From the IMG/VR virus record IMGVR_UViG_3300010003_000012: DNA of 64,000 bases, one strand, 5' to 3'. Below are positions 57,786 to 64,000 of this stretch, piece by piece. The position numbers were made by a program, and so were the translations under genes. The notes under the pieces are model-generated. The model worked only from the letters and a program-made list of their open reading frames with translations. It ran no database searches and had not been told where the DNA came from. The stretch's first letter is position 1; the number at the start of each line of letters is the position of its first letter. Source of the DNA: an uncultured virus (IMG/VR IMGVR_UViG_3300010003_000012) (taxonomy: Duplodnaviria; Heunggongvirae; Uroviricota; Caudoviricetes).

Positions 57786-58139
57786 TTAAATCTCTAAATG
57801 TGGTGCATTATCGTCGACGAATCTTTGCCAAGAGTAGATGCCTATCTTGGATTTGGCTTCGACCGCATTCTTGTACATTCCTTTCAGCGAAAACCAATTT
57901 CCTGCTGACCAGTAAAATTTGTCTTCATGAATGCACGAACCTTCTCTAAAGTAATCTAATTCATCACTCATCTTAAGAGCCTCTTTCACTTCAGATACTA
58001 CGATCGAATCAACGTCATCTCCTAGAATTTTCTCAACAAGAATAGATACATCCTTTGAGCTGAGAACCTTGCTCTTGGTTTTTTTAATCTCCTCAACGAC
58101 TTCTTTCACGATATTACTTTGATGCATGTAAAGCTCCAT
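57786..58139 (-). CDS. Hypothetical protein
   Basis: Preceded by promoter TTGAAT-17-TATAAT. Confidence 0.65.
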   Translation of the reverse strand: MELYMHQSNIVKEVVEEIKKTKSKVLSSKDVSILVEKILGDDVDSIVVSEVKEALKMSDELDYFREGSCIHEDKFYWSAGNWFSLKGMYKNAVEAKSKIGIYSWQRFVDDNAPHLEI

Positions 58140-58230
58140 TTCTGAGGTGTATAACTTGATATAATTATATCAATATCAATTCATATATTCAATACTTTTG
58201 TTTAGTAAATAAGATAATACAGGAAAGCAT

Positions 58231-59124
58231 TTACCCAATGCGATCCTGTATTATCTTAACGTTCTTCTCAAATTCTTTTCCACTTCCACCACTACCATGA
58301 AGTAGCAGTGTCGCCCACGGAACGTCGGCTATGTGCTTTGCAAATTCATTTAACAGCTTTTGATAGCATTGATCATAATTATATGTTGTAAAAGTGTTAT
58401 ATGTGTCAATTTCATAATAGTTACTTATTTTCTTACAAGATTCTATATCTTTCAAATGCACTTCTTGGATGTTCTTGCGATTAATTCTGTGTATGAACTC
58501 CAAATATTGCTCTTCTTTTTCTTCAATTAAAATATCTACTAACTCTATCGAATCTAAGGTTATTTTATTACTCTTACTAAATTCTATTATCTCTTCTGGA
58601 TACGAAAGGAAAAGTTCTTTATCTTTTGTGTTCTTTGCAAGCACTGGAATTTTATAAATGTCATTCAGCTTATCCATCCAATCATTGAAGCCTATGGTTT
58701 TCACTATTCTTTCATCAGATTTGTTAATATTGTTCAAGTTACTCAATCCATCTCTAGATACTGGAGTCAATGTGAGCGCCAAGACATCTGCTCCAAACGC
58801 TTTAAGACTTACTATAGCATCTTTTACATCATAAATTTTTTCTGCTTTTAGTATATCGTCCAAGAAGTTTTTATCCTCTTGTTTTTGTACGTTGTCCAAG
58901 AATAATATAATAGGTTTATCTATCTTTAACTCAAAATAAGTACGGACTATATCTGTGGCATTTAAACCAGTTATATCTAATTGAACATAATTCGCTAGAC
59001 TAGAAACTCTTCCTCTCCCTTTATATCGTTGACCAAACATCATTGAACACACCTTACTCTCACGAGAGATTTTCAAATCACAATATTCTAAGCTGATCAT
59101 TTCCAAACACTTTATATCTAGCAT
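58231..59124 (-). CDS. AT-rich hypothetical protein, possibly 5'-degraded
   Basis: Long ORF in an AT-rich island; no clear RBS at the listed start. Confidence 0.5.
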   Translation of the reverse strand: MLDIKCLEMISLEYCDLKISRESKVCSMMFGQRYKGRGRVSSLANYVQLDITGLNATDIVRTYFELKIDKPIILFLDNVQKQEDKNFLDDILKAEKIYDVKDAIVSLKAFGADVLALTLTPVSRDGLSNLNNINKSDERIVKTIGFNDWMDKLNDIYKIPVLAKNTKDKELFLSYPEEIIEFSKSNKITLDSIELVDILIEEKEEQYLEFIHRINRKNIQEVHLKDIESCKKISNYYEIDTYNTFTTYNYDQCYQKLLNEFAKHIADVPWATLLLHGSGGSGKEFEKNVKIIQDRIG

Positions 59125-59648
59125 ATGAAATACTGAATATACGAATTCAAAATGTCAAACCTTTGGCATTTATACGAATATCAGTACTGTTTGGTGTCAT
59201 ATTATTTTTTGGCTCAGCTTATTAATTATGTAGATGAGAGAAATAGCTCGTGTAATATGAATAATTTTACCTTTTTTAACGATCATAAAAAACATACTCT
59301 TTTACTATGCACTCCCCTCGTATTAAAACGTGATTCAAATACATTGTAATAAAGTCATAAACTCCATTAAAACATAGAACTATTAAAATAGTTATGAAAT
59401 GCACATCATTTTTTAACTAACTATCAATGATATAAAAATACAATACTACAGACTATTTAATCACATTTTTTAAATACTATGTAGTAATACACATAGATAA
59501 TTACTATATTATACATCTAATATAAAAATATGTAAAAAACAATATATATAAATTTTCTTTTTCCTTTACTTCTTTATTCTAACTATTTAATGAGAAAATC
59601 GATACCCTTTCATTCAGAAAGAGTATCGATTCTTTTTTTATTCTAAGT

Positions 59649-60209
59649 TTATTTCTTAAGTGATGCCAGTTCTTTTCCAGTTACCTTATGTTCTTCTTTT
59701 ACGTTGTCATCTTTGTACGTTACATTCACTACGTCGCCTACGCTATATTTTGATTTATCAAAAGCGTATCCGCCACCTTTGCGATCTAAAGGCGAAGCAA
59801 AATACCAACCATCTTTTTCTTTAGTCGTAATTAAGAAGTTTTCTGTTTTATATCCTGAAAGAGTATCGATTCTCTTACTAAACAATCTTTCAACAAGAGC
59901 CAGTTCTTTTCCGACTACTTTATGTTCTTCCTTTACGTCGTCATCTTTATATTTTGCGCTAACAACGTCTCCTACATTGTACTTCTTCTTGTCGAATGCG
60001 TATCCACCGCCTTTTCGATTGATTGGCGGAGCAAAGTACCAACCATCCTTCTCGTCTTCAGTGATTAGGAATATCTCTGTCTTGTATCCGTCTGATTTAT
60101 ATACGTGCTGATCGTGATTTTTATTTTTTGATGAATCTGTGAGAGAGTTGGATGCACAACCTGCCATTAATAATCCTGCCAATACAACGTTTACGACTGC
60201 TTTTTTCAT
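59649..60209 (-). CDS. Lipoprotein with two tandem ~67-aa repeats
   Basis: Lipobox MAGC; repeats GYKTE.FLIT..EKDGWYFA.P..RKGGGYAFDK..Y.VGDVV...YKDD.VKEEHKV.GKELA. Confidence 0.8.
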   Translation of the reverse strand: MKKAVVNVVLAGLLMAGCASNSLTDSSKNKNHDQHVYKSDGYKTEIFLITEDEKDGWYFAPPINRKGGGYAFDKKKYNVGDVVSAKYKDDDVKEEHKVVGKELALVERLFSKRIDTLSGYKTENFLITTKEKDGWYFASPLDRKGGGYAFDKSKYSVGDVVNVTYKDDNVKEEHKVTGKELASLKK

Positions 60210-60281
60210 TTTAAATTCCGCCTTTTCATAGTTAGTTTTTTTTGTTAGTTTCTACATTTTTTAATGGTCAATAATTAATAA

Positions 60282-61199
60282 TTACTCTTTGATTTGCACT
60301 GGAATGTTTGAAATATCTTTCATGACTTGAGCCTTTTTTATCGCATCCTCACGACTAGATGAACTTGTAATATCAAACAATGTATTACCATTTGTATGAA
60401 GAGTTTTTTCTCTCACCATCCATGTCTTTTGCGCTCCAATGCCAAATGATTCAATTTCGATTGTCTTCATTAATGGATGAGATTTTTCTCCCTTCGTAAA
60501 TACATGATTGAAGTATTTTAAATCGAACGTATTGTTCCAGACATCTTCGAGACTCAAGCAGGCTTTCTGACCATGAATACCATTAACTTCGCATCTAGCC
60601 TCAATTCCATACTCGTCGATATACTTCATCACCTCATCACGAGTGAAGTATTTCAACTTAATCCATTCAAAGTTACTGATGATGTCATCGATAATTTTCT
60701 CTGCGAGATGCTTTGGAAGCTTTTCGAGATCGCTAGAGCGGATAATTTTTTTCTCTTCAACCCAATCAATTTCTTTTTCACCTGTCGTACAATACTCTCC
60801 GGCTTCGTAGTTGAGAGCCTTCTCTTTCGGATCAATACTCATTTCTCCATTCACAGGAACATACATATCGTAAGCGAGATTTTGATGGAAACTGATACTC
60901 ACCTCATAGGACTCGACTCCATCGATCATGTGAGTTTTCTTATCAACCCAACATGAAGGAGTGAGGATACTGTATTCTCGCAACATCGTTTCTTTTGAAA
61001 CAGAATCTTTTTTTCCGTGATTATTTACTGCATCCCATGCATAGTCATCTGTGTAATGATAGGCACATTTTATTTTCAAGAATTCACCTCGCTCGATTGC
61101 CCGTCGAACTACATCTTGTCGTACCGTAGCGGAGTAGCGATTTTCTTTTCCTTCGATTTTCGCCAATGCCTTTTGGATAGAGTTGATGATTTTTTTCAT
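60282..61199 (-). CDS. Hypothetical protein
   Basis: ATG 61199 after GAGG. Confidence 0.7.
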   Translation of the reverse strand: MKKIINSIQKALAKIEGKENRYSATVRQDVVRRAIERGEFLKIKCAYHYTDDYAWDAVNNHGKKDSVSKETMLREYSILTPSCWVDKKTHMIDGVESYEVSISFHQNLAYDMYVPVNGEMSIDPKEKALNYEAGEYCTTGEKEIDWVEEKKIIRSSDLEKLPKHLAEKIIDDIISNFEWIKLKYFTRDEVMKYIDEYGIEARCEVNGIHGQKACLSLEDVWNNTFDLKYFNHVFTKGEKSHPLMKTIEIESFGIGAQKTWMVREKTLHTNGNTLFDITSSSSREDAIKKAQVMKDISNIPVQIKE

Positions 61200-61254
61200 T
61201 TTAAAATTCCTCATTTCATAGTTTTATTTTGCAATACTTTTCTTTAGTTGTATT

Positions 61255-61695
61255 TTAAAAGATGCGTTGAAATGTTCTAACTATCGACTCATCGATTAAT
61301 TCAATCTTCATGTATCCATCTGTAAATACGTTCATGTAAACATCGTGCAGATTCAATTTATCTGAATGTCTTACAGTATCCTTGTTTTCACTGTAAATTT
61401 TTTTCACCTCTGCTAAATCTAGACTCGCAATACGTTCCTTTACTTTATTCTCATCTTCAACCTTAAGCTTATCTCTCTTTCTCATCTCGCTAATGCGATT
61501 TAGTTCAAGCGCTAGATCCTTTGATACTTCTATGAAATCCTTTACACCCTTGATGTAGTAGGGAGTTTTCGAACCTGTCTCAAGATTTTCTTTCACCATG
61601 CTTTCAAATGCTAGGTGAGGATTATTATTATTTAACAGCAAATAGTACTTGGCATCGTCACGCATTAAATTCATTTCGCTTTTTGTTCGTCTCAT
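61255..61695 (-). CDS. Hypothetical protein
   Basis: GAGGTG RBS. Confidence 0.7.
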   Translation of the reverse strand: MRRTKSEMNLMRDDAKYYLLLNNNNPHLAFESMVKENLETGSKTPYYIKGVKDFIEVSKDLALELNRISEMRKRDKLKVEDENKVKERIASLDLAEVKKIYSENKDTVRHSDKLNLHDVYMNVFTDGYMKIELIDESIVRTFQRIF

Positions 61696-61696
61696 A

Positions 61697-62530
61697 TTAA
61701 AGCACCTCTTCTTTTTTTATTCTGCATCGTGTAAGCACAGTCTGTTTTTCTTCTCGGAACGTCGAATGCTCTTTGATTGTTCCTTTTACCTTTACCGTAG
61801 AACCTTCTCCATACATGTGTGCTAAGTCTGACGATGTTTTCCATACAAAAATATTTCCGTTCTCATCCTTAAGCTTATTGATGCATGAGAACCCGTAGAA
61901 GCTGTCAATTTCGAATGAGTTGATAATTTTTAATTCTAGATCTAAACGCTGTCCCTCTTCACCGATCCACTTAGATATAGGTTCATCATCTATTTTTTTC
62001 TGTCCCTCTACATACTGAATCACTTCATCATCAAATTTCTCTCTGACTTCTCCGAGATCTCCATATTTAATCAGCTTAGAGACGTCAAGTTCGACAGTGT
62101 CGTATTCTTTTTTATCCTCTGAGAAGTACCATCCGATGACAGCTCCTCCCCACTTAGCATTCTTTTCTTTCAGCTCGTTCTTGATGCTAAATGTCTCACC
62201 AAGCACAGCAAATATTTTTCCGTTATGATAGCCAATCTTTTCTAGATACTCAGCATTTCTTTTTGGCGCCTCTGCACGAATCGCTTCTAGTTTCTTTTCT
62301 TCTGCCTTCGCTCTCTTTATGCGAAGTTTTTCTTCATGTTCCGAAGTGTAAACTTTTCTAGCAACTACCATGCGACCAGTGCCGTTACACTTAAAGCAGG
62401 TTTCTCCTGTATATCTCCATGCTTTCGAACCACCTTTCCCACCGCATCTATCGCAGTGGGTTTCAACTGTTTGGTGCTTCGTGCCATTCCGATCGGTACG
62501 CTCTGCTATTATTTTATCTTGTTGAGCCAT
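61697..62530 (-). CDS. DnaJ-type zinc finger plus C-terminal OB-fold-like protein
   Basis: CDRCGGKG...CFKCNGTG; C-terminal DENGNIFVWKTS...KGTIKEH..F..EKQTVLTRC. Confidence 0.65.
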   Translation of the reverse strand: MAQQDKIIAERTDRNGTKHQTVETHCDRCGGKGGSKAWRYTGETCFKCNGTGRMVVARKVYTSEHEEKLRIKRAKAEEKKLEAIRAEAPKRNAEYLEKIGYHNGKIFAVLGETFSIKNELKEKNAKWGGAVIGWYFSEDKKEYDTVELDVSKLIKYGDLGEVREKFDDEVIQYVEGQKKIDDEPISKWIGEEGQRLDLELKIINSFEIDSFYGFSCINKLKDENGNIFVWKTSSDLAHMYGEGSTVKVKGTIKEHSTFREEKQTVLTRCRIKKEEVL

Positions 62531-62549
62531 TTTATTTCCTCCCATTATT

Positions 62550-62999
62550 TTAATCTAAGAATCCGTTTCCATCCTTGTCAATCTCTACTAATCCATAATC
62601 AAATCGATATAAAATTTCCTGCATATCTTCGAAGTCAGCTTTTTCAATCTCATCCACTAACTCATCAAATTCTTCGTCATCGTATTCATCGTCATAATTA
62701 TTAGCAATATGAGCTTCGAGCCAGTTCTTTGTCTCCTTAAGTGTCTCAATCTCATGGTCTTCGACATTTTTTATGTTGAACTCGTTTACGTTACGTCTAC
62801 CTTCGTCATAGCGCATATATTTTTTTTCTTCTTGAACCTCTTCAAAGCTTCCGGTGAATACCCACATCGAGTTATATTCATTTTCATTCTTGACTCTTAC
62901 GTCTCCATTCTCAGCAACTTCTGCTACTTCGAATACCTCTCCAATCTTATTTGAATACCAAGTTGGAACAGTCCACTCACTTGTAATTTTAATTTTCAT
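62550..62999 (-). CDS. Acidic hypothetical protein
   Basis: AGGGG RBS; D/E-rich C-terminus. Confidence 0.7.
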   Translation of the reverse strand: MKIKITSEWTVPTWYSNKIGEVFEVAEVAENGDVRVKNENEYNSMWVFTGSFEEVQEEKKYMRYDEGRRNVNEFNIKNVEDHEIETLKETKNWLEAHIANNYDDEYDDEEFDELVDEIEKADFEDMQEILYRFDYGLVEIDKDGNGFLD

Positions 63000-63034
63000 T
63001 TTAATTTTCCCCTGTCATAGTTTATTTTGACTAA

Positions 63035-63760
63035 TCAACACTCTGTTACATCAACTAGATAGTACGGTTTGTCAGACTCTACATACTCAATGCTCTCAAT
63101 CATGAAGTCGGAGCCGATAAATGTCACTTCTTTTTCTTTTCTCCATTTTTCTAACTTTTTGTACTTCTTTGTTATCTTGTGAATATCTATAGCTTTTTTA
63201 CTTTCTTTAAGTCTAAGTACAATAGGCTTGAATAATTCACTGGCACAGCTAACATTATTTTCTCTTAGGAGATACTCATCTTGACTCAGTTCTTTCAGAA
63301 GGTCGTCGTTAATATATGGATCAAAGGCAAATCTCTTTGCAATCTTTATTTTTTTTGACCAATGAGTTGAGCCGTGCCATTCTTCTACTACCTTGCCAAC
63401 TGCAAGTAGATTTGTCGGGTAGTTCATACCTCTGTAAAGAATTTTTTCAACTGGTTTCTCTAGTGACATGAGGTATAGTCTTAAATCTGAACACAGCTCT
63501 CTACTGCCGAGAAAATTATCTAACTCATCAATTAAGTCATCCGTCAAATTATTTATCGATGACCCAACAGCTCTTAAATTGCTCAAGGCTTCATTGATAG
63601 AGTATAAGTTCTCATCATCCTCGTAAAACTCTCCCAAACACACTGGACAGCCACCTGCAAAAGCTCTTTTTCCTTTGACGATTCTGACATTCGCTTCATT
63701 CCATTCACCTATAAACGTTGACTCTCCGCATCCTGCACATTTTATTTTGATATTTTCCAT
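63035..63760 (-). CDS. Zinc-ribbon plus ADP-ribosyltransferase-like protein
   Basis: CAGC...CPVC; LYRGM...STHWS....AKRFA...IVLRL...EKEVTF. Confidence 0.5.
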   Translation of the reverse strand: MENIKIKCAGCGESTFIGEWNEANVRIVKGKRAFAGGCPVCLGEFYEDDENLYSINEALSNLRAVGSSINNLTDDLIDELDNFLGSRELCSDLRLYLMSLEKPVEKILYRGMNYPTNLLAVGKVVEEWHGSTHWSKKIKIAKRFAFDPYINDDLLKELSQDEYLLRENNVSCASELFKPIVLRLKESKKAIDIHKITKKYKKLEKWRKEKEVTFIGSDFMIESIEYVESDKPYYLVDVTEC

Positions 63761-63794
63761 TTTAATTTTCCCCTGTCATTTTTTATTTTTTAAC

Positions 63795-63998
63795 TTAAAC
63801 TGTTATAGCTCGTTCGAACGCTTCACGCTCACTCATACCCGACTCTACCAAGTGAAGATACTTTATATAATTACTTCCATAGTTGAAGGTCATGTTTCTT
63901 CTCATGTACTCGTTGATAGCAGACTTTATTTTCTTCACATCGAAGAGATGCGTTACATCGTCGGTCACATCAAACTCATCTGTGTTGGCACAGTATAT
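63795..63998 (-). CDS. 3' end of a hypothetical gene starting beyond the window
   Basis: Open frame IYCANTDEFDV...AITV*. Confidence 0.55.
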   Translation of the reverse strand: MYCANTDEFDVTDDVTHLFDVKKIKSAINEYMRRNMTFNYGSNYIKYLHLVESGMSEREAFERAITV

Positions 63999-64000
63999 TT

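Larger units (their letters stand above)
199..61245 (-). repeat. Dispersed 17-bp operator-like motif AAACAAAAGTATTGCAA (~30 copies)
   Basis: Plus-strand TTGCAATACTTTTGTTT or variants at 199, 2079, 3734, 6247, 6322, 8645, 12623, 13999, 14944, 18568, 20253, 22455, 24682, 26208, 31651, 31723, 34621, 35654, 36490, 37902, 39132, 39216, 41848, 42858, 44433, 48434, 48984, 49050, 61229 and others. Confidence 0.92.
1..64000 (-). mobile_element. Early/replication region of a large SPbeta-like Bacillus phage or prophage
   Basis: Co-oriented dense ORFs; nrdIEF, DnaE, helicase/primase, ATP-dependent ligase, YopP/YopR-like recombinase-fold regulators; Firmicute RBS and sigma-A promoters. Confidence 0.88.

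Noticed and set aside
199..61245. The 17-bp repeat as a CRISPR array
   Set aside because: Copies are dispersed at irregular kb-scale spacing at gene starts, with no regular spacers and no cas operon
1956..62954. Numerous plus-strand ORFs and nested out-of-frame minus ORFs in the track
   Set aside because: They are shadows of well-supported minus-strand genes, lack RBSs and show no recognisable motifs
1..64000. tRNA or rRNA genes
   Set aside because: No cloverleaf or T-loop signature found by eye in the few intergenic gaps; tRNAscan-SE would be needed to exclude them

Overview
This window is a gene-dense segment of a large Bacillus-type phage or prophage related to SPbeta, with essentially all credible genes on the minus strand. 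Transcription runs right to left through four blocks. (1) An early/accessory region (~64-50 kb) holds small hypothetical genes, two predicted ADP-ribosyltransferase-fold proteins, a variant Fic protein, an Xre regulator and an array of paralogous genes. (2) A reduced lysogeny-control cluster (50-46.6 kb) holds a YopP-like recombinase-fold protein and an MrpR/YopR-like repressor. (3) Next come DNA ligase, a 3D-domain gene split by an apparent programmed -1 frameshift, and an NAD+ salvage module (SLOG, Nampt, Nmnat, Nudix, with a PQ-loop transporter nearby). (4) Replication and nucleotide metabolism follow: YorF/G/H/I/J-like proteins, RNase H, thymidine kinase, a Cas4/AddB-like nuclease, DnaE, RecD2, nrdIEF, thioredoxin and a DHH phosphoesterase. 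The non-coding DNA shows about 30 copies of a 17-bp motif (AAACAAAAGTATTGCAA), often forming the -35 box of sigma-A promoters. It also shows a second 19-bp palindromic motif, a duplicated ~85-bp hairpin-embedded promoter with co-varying stems, a LexA-type box and three 8-6-8 palindromes. No structural genes, tRNA, rRNA or CRISPR array were seen. All family calls come from motif recognition by eye, not from database searches.
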